64,000 nt of DNA from an uncultured Gammaproteobacteria bacterium (lineage in GTDB: Bacteria; Pseudomonadota; Gammaproteobacteria; CAWCPV01), in NCBI GenBank assembly GCA_963797555.1, contig CAWCPV010000007.1, positions 384,001 through 448,000 of the forward strand, given 5' to 3'. Below, in pieces: positions 31,438 through 40,477 of the stretch. The notes beneath the pieces were generated by a model that saw nothing but the letters and a program-made list of their open reading frames with translations, was not told the origin of the DNA and made no database searches. How positions within the stretch are numbered: position 1 is the first letter of the stretch; each line of letters begins with the position of its first letter. The position numbers and the translations under genes are program-made.

Positions 31438-32799
31438 TCATAGCCTCCAGACCGTATGCCCCTGTCTGCGCAGGGGTTCCGCATCCAGGATGGACTTGAC
31501 GTCGATGACGGCACCCGCGTCAGAGATCTTGCTTTGCAGTACCTGCGGGGACATCTGGCGGTAGGCCTCGTGGGCCACCGCCACCACCAAGGCGTCGCTG
31601 GCCGGGAGGTCGTCCCACGGGGTCAAACGGATCTCATACTCCCGCCATGCCTCCTCCGGGCTGGCAATCGGGTCGTGGACCACCACCTCCGCCCCGAACG
31701 ACTGCAACTCCCGGATCACGTCCACGACACGGGAGTTGCGCAGGTCCGGACAATCCTCCTTGAACGTGATCCCCAGCACCGCCACCCGCGCTCCTCTCAC
31801 GCTACGGCTGGTCTCTGTAAGCTGCCGCACCGTCTGTTCCGCGACGTACTTGCCCATGCCGTCATTGATGCGCCGGCCGGCCAGAATGACGTCGGGATGG
31901 TGTCCCACCATCTGGGCCTTGTAGGTCAGGTAAAAAGGGTCCACCCCTATGCAGTGGCCGCCCACCAACCCGGGCCGGAATGGCAGGAAGTTCCACTTCG
32001 TAGACGCCGCTTGGAGTACCTCCTGGGTGTCGAGCCCCATGCGGTGGAAGATGATCGCGAGCTCGTTCATGAGCGCTATGTTGAGATCGCGCTGCGTGTT
32101 CTCGATGACCTTGGCGGCCTCCGCTACGCGGATGCTGGGCGCCCGATAGACTCCCCGGCCGACCACCTGCTCGTAAAGCCAGGCCACTGCCTCCAATGTC
32201 TCTTGGTCCTGGCCGGCCACCACTTTGACGATGGTCTGCAGGGTGTGCTCGCGGTCCCCCGGATTGATGCGCTCCGGGGAATAGCCCACCCGGAAACCGT
32301 CGCCGCACTTCAAGCCGGAGGCCCTCTCCAGAACAGGCACACACACGTCTTCGGTGGCGCCGGGGTAGACCGTGGACTCGTAAACCACGATTCCCCCCCG
32401 CTTCAGGTGCCTGCCGACGACCTCGCTCGCAGAACACACCTGTCGCAGGTCGGGCTGCTTGGCGAGGTCGATGGGCGTGGGGACGGCGACGATGACGAAG
32501 TCCGCCTCGCGCAGCGAGGCCGGGTTATCGGTCCATATGGCGCGTGTGGCGGCCGCAAAATCCCCTGGCTCCATCTGGCCCGTCGGGTCGCGGCCTTCCC
32601 GGTAGGCGCCCACCTTGGCCCCGTCCACGTCGTAGGCGATGGTGCGGAGCCGCCGACCGAAGGCCAACGCCAACGGCAGGCCGACGTATCCCAAGCCGAT
32701 GACGGCGACGCTGGGCAGTCTGAGGGGTCGGTAACCGCCCGGGGGTGTTTGCGGCGAGTCGGGCCCGCTGGCGGGATTCGCAGTGTGCTGTTCGGCCAT
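31438..32799 (-). CDS. Nucleotide-sugar dehydrogenase (WbpO/TviB-like)
   Basis: GLGYVGLP, YESTVYPG, YSPERINPG, KVIENTQRD, GGHCIGVDP. Confidence 0.9.
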   Translation of the reverse strand: MAEQHTANPASGPDSPQTPPGGYRPLRLPSVAVIGLGYVGLPLALAFGRRLRTIAYDVDGAKVGAYREGRDPTGQMEPGDFAAATRAIWTDNPASLREADFVIVAVPTPIDLAKQPDLRQVCSASEVVGRHLKRGGIVVYESTVYPGATEDVCVPVLERASGLKCGDGFRVGYSPERINPGDREHTLQTIVKVVAGQDQETLEAVAWLYEQVVGRGVYRAPSIRVAEAAKVIENTQRDLNIALMNELAIIFHRMGLDTQEVLQAASTKWNFLPFRPGLVGGHCIGVDPFYLTYKAQMVGHHPDVILAGRRINDGMGKYVAEQTVRQLTETSRSVRGARVAVLGITFKEDCPDLRNSRVVDVIRELQSFGAEVVVHDPIASPEEAWREYEIRLTPWDDLPASDALVVAVAHEAYRQMSPQVLQSKISDAGAVIDVKSILDAEPLRRQGHTVWRL

Positions 32800-32879
32800 C
32801 GGTCTGGCGTATACGGCTCGACGGTTCGGCTAGGGAACAAGCGAGCAGCCGACATCATAGCAGACGACCCGCAGCTCTG

Positions 32880-33296
32880 AAGACAAGCACCGGTTGGGCA
32901 AGTCGCCTGCGTCCCAATCGTCCGTGTGTTAATTGCGGGCCTTCCATTCGACCCCATATTTCTGGGCGATACGCTTGTCTCCCGGACCCGTACACCCTCG
33001 ATCCCGCGCAACGGCTCGACAGAGCGGCGCTCCGGCGGCTTCTCCCCGAAACGCAGCTCGTACATCTTGCACACAACCCGAGACGCAGGGCAGGGTCCGA
33101 TGCCAACCTGGCCTGATGGAGAAGCCGGTCTGAGCGGGCGCCGCCGGGTTGCCCCGACGAGTCGAGCCGCACGCCGCGCTTGTCCACGACGACAAAAGCG
33201 CCATGCAGGACGTCGATTTGCCCCTTCTCCACGAACAGGACCGAGAGGTGCTCCTCGATGGGAATAGGTTTGAGCGGGGGGAAGCAGTGTCGTCAC
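32880..33296 (-). pseudogene. cas1: Type I-E cas1 remnant (deleted and frameshifted)
   Basis: GQIDVLHGAFVVVDKRGVR, SGQPGGARSDRLL, KMYELRFGE...LRGIEGVRVR, KYGVEWKARN. Confidence 0.85.
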
Positions 33297-33721
33297 GGCG
33301 ACGGCCAGTCAGACAAGGCCATGAGATGCGGGCCGTTGCCTACCTTGCGTATATAGCCGGCGTCCGCCGTTATCATCAGACCGCCACGGGTCAAGGCCAG
33401 GGCGTGATAGCTGGCGGCGTAGAAGCTCACTGCGTGTGTCTCGGCGATGTTGAGTGTGGCTGTCTGCCACTGGGGCGAGGGTGTTGCAACCCACGGGTCC
33501 AGCAGCACCTGAAGCTGGCCTAGAGCTGTATCGGCATGCTCAGGCACTCGCCGAACGAGGATATTGCCGACCTCGAAATACCACAGAGCGGGAACCGTGA
33601 TCTGAAGACTACCATCCAGAGCCCCGTCCACGATGGCCGCCGCCTGCGCCTGATGTCCCTCATCCTCGTCACGCAGAACCCATTTGAGGATCACCGAAGC
33701 GTCGGGGACGACGACATTCAT
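33293..33721 (-). CDS. vapC: VapC-type PIN toxin
   Basis: VVPDASVILKW, FEVGN, MITAD; the usual YDA reads YAA here. Confidence 0.8.
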   Translation of the reverse strand: MNVVVPDASVILKWVLRDEDEGHQAQAAAIVDGALDGSLQITVPALWYFEVGNILVRRVPEHADTALGQLQVLLDPWVATPSPQWQTATLNIAETHAVSFYAASYHALALTRGGLMITADAGYIRKVGNGPHLMALSDWPSP

Positions 33722-33945
33722 TGGTGACTGTCCCGATCCTCACGTACCCAGTCCTCGGTGCTGCCGGGGACCGGTTGGAGCGACTTACGCACGGCCTCGA
33801 TGGCTGCCCATGCCTCCCGCTGCCGGCGTTTGCGCAATGCGTCGGAAACGACCTCGTTCACCAGTTTGCTGCGTTCTCCGGGGGGCACCGTCTGGAGTTC
33901 CTCCCAGACCCGGTCATCCAGCATGATATTGACGCGATGGGCCAT
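33718..33945 (-). CDS. Antitoxin partner of vapC
   Basis: Small ORF with an ATGA overlap; STEDWVREDRD tail. Confidence 0.7.
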   Translation of the reverse strand: MAHRVNIMLDDRVWEELQTVPPGERSKLVNEVVSDALRKRRQREAWAAIEAVRKSLQPVPGSTEDWVREDRDSHQ

Positions 33946-33988
33946 GATATGCTCCGTGCTCAACAATCTACACATCCATTATACACAC

Positions 33989-34052
33989 TCACAGCCTGCA
34001 CACCAGCAGCAGCGCGCAGCCCAAGGCTTTGGCGGGGCCGATGCCATTGAAC
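33989..34052 (-). pseudogene. cas6: cas6e 3' end remnant
   Basis: FNGIGPAKALGCALLLVCRL*, the G-rich C-terminal loop of Cas6e. Confidence 0.75.
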
Positions 34053-34375
34053 ATTTCAATCCGCGCCCGGCCGATTGGCCGGGCGATTCCTTCGGTGCGG
34101 CCCAGCAAATAGTAGTCTTTGCGGTTTCAATCCGCGCCCGGCCGATTGGCCGGGCGATTCCCGCGGGTGCGGTCGAGCACGTCGAGGTCACCATGTTTCA
34201 ATCCGCGCCCGGCCGATTGGCCGGGCGATTCCTCCGCAAGGGCAGCGTCGATTTCCTGTGACAATGTTTCAATCCGCGCCCGGCCGATTGGCCGGGCGAT
34301 TCGCGAACGTCCGCAGTCGGCTGACAGCATGCTCAGATGTTTCAATCCGCGCCCGGCCGATTGGCCGGGCGATTC
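34053..34375 (-). CRISPR. CRISPR array: 5 x 37-bp repeats, 4 spacers (34,34,34,36 bp)
   Basis: Repeat GAATCGCCCGGCCAATCGGCCGGGCGCGGATTGAAAC on -; + strand starts 34053, 34124, 34195, 34266, 34339; trailer repeat ends ATTGAAAT. Confidence 0.97.
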
Positions 34376-34553
34376 GCTGCGCTGGCAACGTCCGGTCCCG
34401 ACTGCGGAAAAATGCAGGAGTGCGCGAACCGCGCGGTCGGGGCTGGGGCCGGAAGGGTTGCCAGGGCGAAGGTAATGCTCAGGTTGTTAAAGATCATCGA
34501 GTTAGCAGAAGCGCGAACCTGCCGTCGGAACGCCGTCGCTCCAGGTTCGCGCA
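34376..34553 (-). promoter_or_regulatory. CRISPR leader
   Basis: Non-coding DNA between cas2 and the array with GCGCGAACC repeated and inverted. Confidence 0.7.
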
Positions 34554-34844
34554 TCATACGAGGAGGGGGCCTTCGAAATCAACGGAGCGGAATACGCCGT
34601 ACTGCTTGACGCGGACCTCGGCGGGCTCGGTGATGCGGTAGAAGCGGAGGTTGTCTTCGGTTTCTTCAATCTCGGCCAGCAGCGCCCGCTCCAGTTGCTC
34701 GAACTGCATGTCGTTGACCTGGCACTCGAATACCGATTTCTGCACGCGCTGGCCCATGCTCTCGCATACCTTGGCGACACGGCGCAGCCGCCGTCGGCCC
34801 GCGGGAGTTTCGGTGGAGACATCATAGGCGACTATGATCAGCAT
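34554..34844 (-). CDS. cas2: Cas2
   Basis: [19 protein letters not shown]. Confidence 0.95.
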   Translation of the reverse strand: MLIIVAYDVSTETPAGRRRLRRVAKVCESMGQRVQKSVFECQVNDMQFEQLERALLAEIEETEDNLRFYRITEPAEVRVKQYGVFRSVDFEGPLLV

Positions 34845-34856
34845 GGCGGGCCCGGG

Positions 34857-35891
34857 TCACTTGGCGAGGAATGGCAGGTAGCCGTCCATCTCGCCGCGCA
34901 GCGTGCGGGCCATGAAACGGGCCTGGACAAAGGGCAGCAGGGCGAGCGGCAACCGGGATTCCAGCAGGGGATGGGTGATTTCCTCCTGCTTGCGTTCCTG
35001 CCAGGCGGTGACGACCGTCCGGCGGCCCTTCTCGTTGAGCAGGACGGCGCCGCCCTCGCGTGCATCGAAGTCGTCCGCCGTGACCTGGCCTCGGTTGATC
35101 AGGGTGAGGGCCAGCCGGTCGGCGAGGATGGAACGAAACTCCTCTTGGAGGTCCAACCCAAGGGCTGCACGACCGGGGCGCACGGCGTGGAGGAAGCCCA
35201 GTTGGGGGTCGAGGCCCACGGATTCGACGCCGGAGCGGCAGTCGTTCATGAGCATGGCGTAGAGGAAGGAGATGAGAGCATTGAACCGATCCCGGGGCGG
35301 CCTGCGGGTGCGGCCGTTCAGGGCGAAGTCGGTTCTCGCCTGAGGTTTGACGATTAGGTTCAAGGCGGCGAAATAGCCCCGTGCCGCCTCGCCTTCCACC
35401 CCGCGCAGCGCGTCCAGGTCGGACGCGACGGCGGCCGAGCGAAGCGATGCCGCCAGGTCGTCGGCGGAGCGAGTCAGGGCTTGCGCCTCGCCGGTGTCCG
35501 CGGCCTCCCGCGCACCGCGCAGTACGACCGACCGGCTGTTCTTCAGCTTGGCGGCCACGATGCAGCGGGCGAATTCCAGCGTGAAGGCTGGGTCGCCCGC
35601 TGCGCGGTGCTGGGCCTGGCGCAGCAGAATGTTTCCGGAGACCGGACCCTCCAGCCGTGCCTTGAAACGGCCCGAGTCGTCCAGCAGGACGAGACTTTTC
35701 CCCTCGTCCGCCAATCGGTGCATGAGCGCCGGCGAGACCAGCACATTGCCAAAGCAGACGATGCCGCCAAGGTGGTGCAGGGGGACTTGGAGGCGTTTCT
35801 CCCGCTCCACGTCGATGCGCACCGTGTTGTTCTCCAGGTGCGCGTAGGCGTTGGGAGTCATCACGTAAAGGGTGTTCTGGATAGTGTGCAT
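34857..35891 (-). CDS. cas1: Cas1, type I-C
   Basis: NTLYVMT, LRGVEGEAA, RRPPRD, GFLHAVRPGR, LDLQEEFR. Confidence 0.95.
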   Translation of the reverse strand: MHTIQNTLYVMTPNAYAHLENNTVRIDVEREKRLQVPLHHLGGIVCFGNVLVSPALMHRLADEGKSLVLLDDSGRFKARLEGPVSGNILLRQAQHRAAGDPAFTLEFARCIVAAKLKNSRSVVLRGAREAADTGEAQALTRSADDLAASLRSAAVASDLDALRGVEGEAARGYFAALNLIVKPQARTDFALNGRTRRPPRDRFNALISFLYAMLMNDCRSGVESVGLDPQLGFLHAVRPGRAALGLDLQEEFRSILADRLALTLINRGQVTADDFDAREGGAVLLNEKGRRTVVTAWQERKQEEITHPLLESRLPLALLPFVQARFMARTLRGEMDGYLPFLAK

Positions 35892-35931
35892 GAGGCTATA
35901 CTGCGTACCTAACTGTGTCTAGGAGCGTGTC

Positions 35932-36237
35932 ATGGATTTCGTTACGGTGCGTGAGCTGCGGGCCGAGTCGGCCAAGGTATGGGCCAAGATCGAGGCTGGC
36001 GAGGAGGTGGTCATCACCCGCCATGGCAAGCCATTCGCCTTGTTGGTGAACACCAATCCCGAAGATCTGGAAAATACGTTGCGTGCCATACGCGGCGAGC
36101 GTTTCGCGGCCAACGTGCGCAAGCTGCAGGCGGTTGCGGTGCAGCAGGGCCTGGACAAGATGACCATGGAGGACATCGACGCCGAGATCGCGGCAGCACG
36201 CAGGGAACGGCGCGGGCGGGATGCGGGCGGTCGTTGA
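35932..36237 (+). CDS. Phd/YefM-family antitoxin
   Basis: FVTVRELR, EEVVITRHGKPFA. Confidence 0.85.
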   Translation: MDFVTVRELRAESAKVWAKIEAGEEVVITRHGKPFALLVNTNPEDLENTLRAIRGERFAANVRKLQAVAVQQGLDKMTMEDIDAEIAAARRERRGRDAGGR

Positions 36238-36622
36238 TACGAACGTCCTGGTTTCGGCGCTCGTCAACCCGGGCGGCACGCCGGGACGGCTGGTCGATGA
36301 AATCCGCACCCTCGCGCTGACGCCGGTGGTGAACGCGGCCATCCTGGCCGAATACTCGGAGGTACTGCGACGCCCGCGTTTCAACTTCCCGGATGGCCAG
36401 GTGCATGCGCTGCTGGATGATCTGGCCGCGCTGGCCTTCCATATTCGCCCCGAGGCCGTGGTTCCCGCCGATCTGCCGGACCCCGACGACGCCCCCTTCA
36501 TCGCCACTGCCTTGGCGGCGGGCTGCCCCATCGTCACCGGCAACGTGCGCCACTTTCCCGCCGATTGTGGCCTGAGAATCCTGAGCCCGGCGCAGTGCCT
36601 GGAACGCCTGCTCATGGGCTGA
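36221..36622 (+). CDS. PIN-domain toxin
   Basis: VVDTNVLVS, PDPDDAPF, IVTGNVRHF. Confidence 0.85.
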   Translation: MRAVVDTNVLVSALVNPGGTPGRLVDEIRTLALTPVVNAAILAEYSEVLRRPRFNFPDGQVHALLDDLAALAFHIRPEAVVPADLPDPDDAPFIATALAAGCPIVTGNVRHFPADCGLRILSPAQCLERLLMG

Positions 36623-36730
36623 CGCCTTCGTCATCGTCGGCATACAACGCCTCGGCCAGGCGCTTCAGATGCGCCGTTCCGGCCAGCGCCTCGACTGGCA
36701 AGATGATCTCGAACAGTTGCACAGGTTGAC
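36615..36730 (-). pseudogene. Probable third cas4 3' remnant
   Basis: TGCCAGTCGAGGCGCTGGCC versus cas4 TGCCAGCCCGAGGCGCTGGCG; acidic tail. Confidence 0.4.
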
Positions 36731-36802
36731 CGCGCGAACATCGTGTCGGTCTGAGCCGAGAGGGATCCTGCATTCCGAGGTGATTGCCAAACGTCCCATC
36801 CC

Positions 36803-37428
36803 CTATTCCTCCACGCTGAACAGCCCCGCTCGCACCGCTGCCTGTCTGGCTTTGTCCGCCAGCGCCTCGGGCTGGCAGATGTCCTTGAGAGAACACTCCC
36901 GGCAGCGGGCATCGTTCACCGGCGGGGGCAGCCGGCCGGAGGCCAACACCGCGCGAATGGCCGCCACGGCTTCCTCCACTTTGACGCGCAATGCAGGGGT
37001 GACCTCCACCTCCCGTCTGCGGCGGCTGGAGGCGTGATAGATCGCGCCTCGCGGCACCGGTTTTCCGGTCATCTCTTCGATGCACATGGCCTGGGCGGCG
37101 AGTTGCAGGTCGTCATGGGTCCTCTGCCGCTTGCGCCCGTGCTTGTATTCCACCGGATAGATGCGGCCGTCAGGGTGGAACTCCACGATGTCGGCCTTAC
37201 CCGTCAAGCCGAGCCGGTCGGACCAGAGGGGGAGGGCCCGCTCGATTCTCACTCCAGCCCCATCACTTCATATCGGGGTTCGTCCACCAGCCGATGCACT
37301 GCTTGTCCTCGCATGGTGTGCACGTTGTCCTCGAAGTCTTGCTCGACGTGGATCAAGGCGCACTGCCGCGGGCAGTAAGCCCAGTGCTGGATGGCGGAGA
37401 GGGAGATGGGGTCGGCAGTCTCATTCAC
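36803..37428 (-). CDS. cas4: Cas4 (copy B), frameshift near 37255
   Basis: AYCPRQC, GKADIVE, PVEYKHG, QLAAQA, CRECSLKDIC. Confidence 0.9.
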
Positions 37429-37792
37429 CTTTGTGTCCCGCCTGCAGTGGCCGCAGCCGGGTGCCTTCACGGCCGACAACCGCGAAGTAGCCCTCCGGCG
37501 TTTCGGGCAGGGCGCGCAAGGCCGCCTCCAGAACATCTTCCGCGATGATCGGATGCATGCGGAAATAGAGGATGGCCACCGGCGCCGGTGCGCCGTGGAA
37601 AAACACCAGATCGCCGAAGTCGGCGTCGAAGGTGAGCAGTCGACGGCTCGTTTGGCGGGCGAGTTCGAGGACAGCGCGGTCGTTGATGCCCGGTGAGGTT
37701 CGAGCGACGGACAGGACATCGTAGCCCGCTGCCGAAAGCGCGTCTATTACCGATCCGGGGAAATTCTCGTCAGCCAGGACCGCAAGCGTCAC
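37421..37792 (-). CDS. DUF5615 PIN-like toxin
   Basis: LADENFP, LLTFDADFG. Confidence 0.8.
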   Translation of the reverse strand: MTLAVLADENFPGSVIDALSAAGYDVLSVARTSPGINDRAVLELARQTSRRLLTFDADFGDLVFFHGAPAPVAILYFRMHPIIAEDVLEAALRALPETPEGYFAVVGREGTRLRPLQAGHKGE

Positions 37793-38043
37793 CGGGCGAC
37801 GTCTCCGGACTCGGCGACCGCCTTCATGATGAAAGTCTCATCCTTCAGGCAATCGCGAACGAACGCGAAAACTGCCTGTAGATCCTCTTGAGTCAGGTGC
37901 GGATAGCTTTCCAATATCTGCGCTTCGTTCCACCCCGAGGCCATCAGGTCAAGAATGAACTCTACCCCGATACGGGTGCCCCGTATGCGAGGCTTGCCGA
38001 ACAAGGTTTCGGGGTCGGTCACGATGCGGCCATGCCAGTCCAT
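37789..38043 (-). CDS. DUF433 antitoxin
   Basis: GKPRIRGTRIGV, ESYPHLTQED. Confidence 0.88.
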   Translation of the reverse strand: MDWHGRIVTDPETLFGKPRIRGTRIGVEFILDLMASGWNEAQILESYPHLTQEDLQAVFAFVRDCLKDETFIMKAVAESGDVAR

Positions 38044-38192
38044 ATGAACACCTCCTTCTCAGTGTCGTGGGCGGCGCAGCTACGAGGTCACCGCTTGCTC
38101 CCGCCAGTTCGTCGTCGAAAACCACAGTGTAGCTCCGAGAGCGGAAGACAGTCTTATGGCCGACGGTGCCCAGACTGGGTTTCGGGGCAGCC

Positions 38193-38399
38193 TCATGCCA
38201 TCCGTACCTCCTCCCGGCCGATGTGCAGGCAGATCAGGTCAGGGGTCTCGCCTGCCTCAAAATGGCAGCGCACCGCGTCCCGCACCTGGGCATACAAAGC
38301 CTCCAGGTCGTCCGCCTCGGTGAAGATGTCCGCACCGACGGCGCGAGCAACAAAGCCACCGTCGGGGGCCTCTTCGGCGATGAAGTGGATTTCGACCAT
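38193..38399 (-). CDS. HicB-like small protein
   Basis: EEAPDGGFVARAVGADIFTEADD...VRDAVRCHF; followed only by an MRLPR stub. Confidence 0.65.
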   Translation of the reverse strand: MVEIHFIAEEAPDGGFVARAVGADIFTEADDLEALYAQVRDAVRCHFEAGETPDLICLHIGREEVRMA

Positions 38400-38443
38400 T
38401 GAATTCTTCCAAATAGGTGAGATTACCCGTGAAAGGGTACGGC

Positions 38444-38656
38444 TTAGCGCTCATGTAGCTCGTCTCGGCTGCACTTCAGCAGCGCCGCATCTGCCCGGAA
38501 CTGGTCGAAAAAGGCCTGGAGTTGTCGGCGCCGGGTCTCCCGGTCTTCCGAAAGCTGAGTGGGGATCAGCACCACCTCGACGGGCTGATTCAGCAACGCC
38601 TCGGGCACCTCCACGGTAACCTCGCGGCTGGTTGGGGTGACAGTCTGCGACCACAT
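38444..38656 (-). CDS. Putative antitoxin (partner PIN gene truncated)
   Basis: RDELHER tail overlapping an MSAKP... stub. Confidence 0.55.
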   Translation of the reverse strand: MWSQTVTPTSREVTVEVPEALLNQPVEVVLIPTQLSEDRETRRRQLQAFFDQFRADAALLKCSRDELHER

Positions 38657-38679
38657 GACGGGCTCTTTACGCGCACAGG

Positions 38680-38850
38680 ATGTTAGTTCGACACCGGCAT
38701 ACTGGTCCAGTTTTCCAGCGGGCGGGGCGACACCTTGGAATCCGCGAAATCGCGCGCCGGGCGGGTCTTGTCCTGCCACTCGAGGCGGATAAGCTCGAAG
38801 AGTTGTACAGGTTGCGGAGAGGTGTCCCGCTTTCCGAGGTCATTGCCATA
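38680..38850 (-). pseudogene. Probable cas7c 3' remnant from a different I-C system
   Basis: QLFELIRLEWQDKTRPARDFAD...AGVEL resembles Cas7c tails but differs from the resident cas7. Confidence 0.5.
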
Positions 38851-38862
38851 CGTCCCGCCGCG

Positions 38863-39501
38863 CTATTCCCCCACGTTGAACAGCCCCGCTCGCACCGCCT
38901 CTTGCCTGGCTCTGTCTGCCAGCACCTCGGGCTGGCAGATTTCCTTCAGGGAACATTCCCGGCACCGGGCATCGTTTACCGGCGGGGGTAGCCGGCCGGA
39001 CGCCAGCATCTGCCGGATGGCTCCCACCATATACTCGACCTGCCTGCGTAGTTCCGGCGTGACGGCCACTTCCCGCCGTCGGCGGCTGGTGGCGTGAAAA
39101 ATCGCCCCGTGCGGGACGGGGCGGCCCGACATCTCTTCCAAGCACAACGCTTGGGCGGCAAGCTGGAGGTCGTCGTTGAGCCATTTCCGCCGCGGGCCGT
39201 GCTTGTACTCGACGGGATACACCGTGCCGTCGGGCCAGAACTCCACCACGTCGCACTTGCCCACGAGACCGATCCGGTCCGACCAGATGTTCAGTGCATA
39301 CTCGACGCGCGCCCCTTCACGGGAGGTTTCATGGGCGACCCGGTCCACCCGATCGTGCTCGGCGTTGCCGCGCAGTGTGTGGATATTCTCCTCGAATTCG
39401 CCCTCCAGGTAGATCAGACCGCAGCGCCTGGGACAATAGGCGTACTGGTTGAGTGCGGAGACGTTGATGAGGTCCGTTTCCTGTTGCACGGCCAAACGCA
39501 C
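38863..39501 (-). CDS. cas4: Cas4 (copy A)
   Basis: YAYCPRRC, GKCDVVE, PVEYKHG, CRECSLKEIC. Confidence 0.93.
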   Translation of the reverse strand: MRLAVQQETDLINVSALNQYAYCPRRCGLIYLEGEFEENIHTLRGNAEHDRVDRVAHETSREGARVEYALNIWSDRIGLVGKCDVVEFWPDGTVYPVEYKHGPRRKWLNDDLQLAAQALCLEEMSGRPVPHGAIFHATSRRRREVAVTPELRRQVEYMVGAIRQMLASGRLPPPVNDARCRECSLKEICQPEVLADRARQEAVRAGLFNVGE

Positions 39502-40477
39502 TCAGCCAAGACGGACCAGCTCCACGCCCGGCGGCAGGCGATCCTTGTGCACGTTGACGACATAATCCGAGAAGGCACGAGACGAGCTACCGAGGCCCTC
39601 GCGGTGGTCGATCTCGATGATGGCACCGGGCACGGTCCGCTTGGGCGTCGAGTAATCCAGCAGGCGATGGGCTGGGGCGCAGCCGAGCATGGCCTCACGC
39701 ACGCGCTGGTTCGGATCGCTGTCGGTGCCGACGTGCTTGAAGGCGTAAAGCCCTCGGCAGGACATCATGCCCTTGGACGCGGAGCGGTCGTGGTCCCACA
39801 TATTGGCGAGTGCTTCCCAGAAGTGCTTGAGATCTGTCGTCGGAAAAACCCGTGCCCTTGGCGAGGTGGGCGGAGATGAAGCCTTTGCACGCGTAAAGGC
39901 CATAGGGGATAAGCGCCTTGCGGCCCATGGTACGGAGCTTGTCTTCCTCCTGCTCGTTTTCCCATTTTTCGTAGTCGGCAACCGTTTTCGCGTCTTTCAC
40001 TTTCTCCGCCACCGCCATCCGCGTGATAGATGCGTCTATAGGTAGGATGGGATCGACGGAACGGGAGAACGCTACCTGGACCGGGCCGCGCACTTGGCCG
40101 GCGTTGGGTCCGGTGGACATGACGGCGCCAAAAGTGCGTACGTCGAAGAAGTGCTGGCACATCCAGTCGCGCGCGTTCCCGACCTGCGTGCGGTTGGCTC
40201 CGCCACCGGGCGCCCCTGCTGTGGCCACATGGGCAGCGGTGATGGGTTTATTTAGGTTTGTTGCATGCTCCACGAAGACAGCGTTGGGCGCCGTATTATG
40301 AAAGGCCGTCTGGATGTAGTTCCGCACCCGCCGCTTGATAGCGACATCGGACACTAGGCCATGCATGTCCTCTGGGTCGATGCGTGGGCTGTTACCCGCG
40401 TCGGGATCGCCGTTCGGGTTGCCGTTCTCGCAGTCAAAGAGATAGAGGAACTCGTATCGGTTCTGAATGGCAGTCAT
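39502..40477 (-). CDS. cas7: Cas7/Csd2, frameshift near 39840
   Basis: [38 protein letters not shown]. Confidence 0.92.

Noticed and set aside
33758-34641. ORFs with repeated peptides (FQSAPGRLAGRF etc.)
   Set aside because: They are translations of the CRISPR repeats
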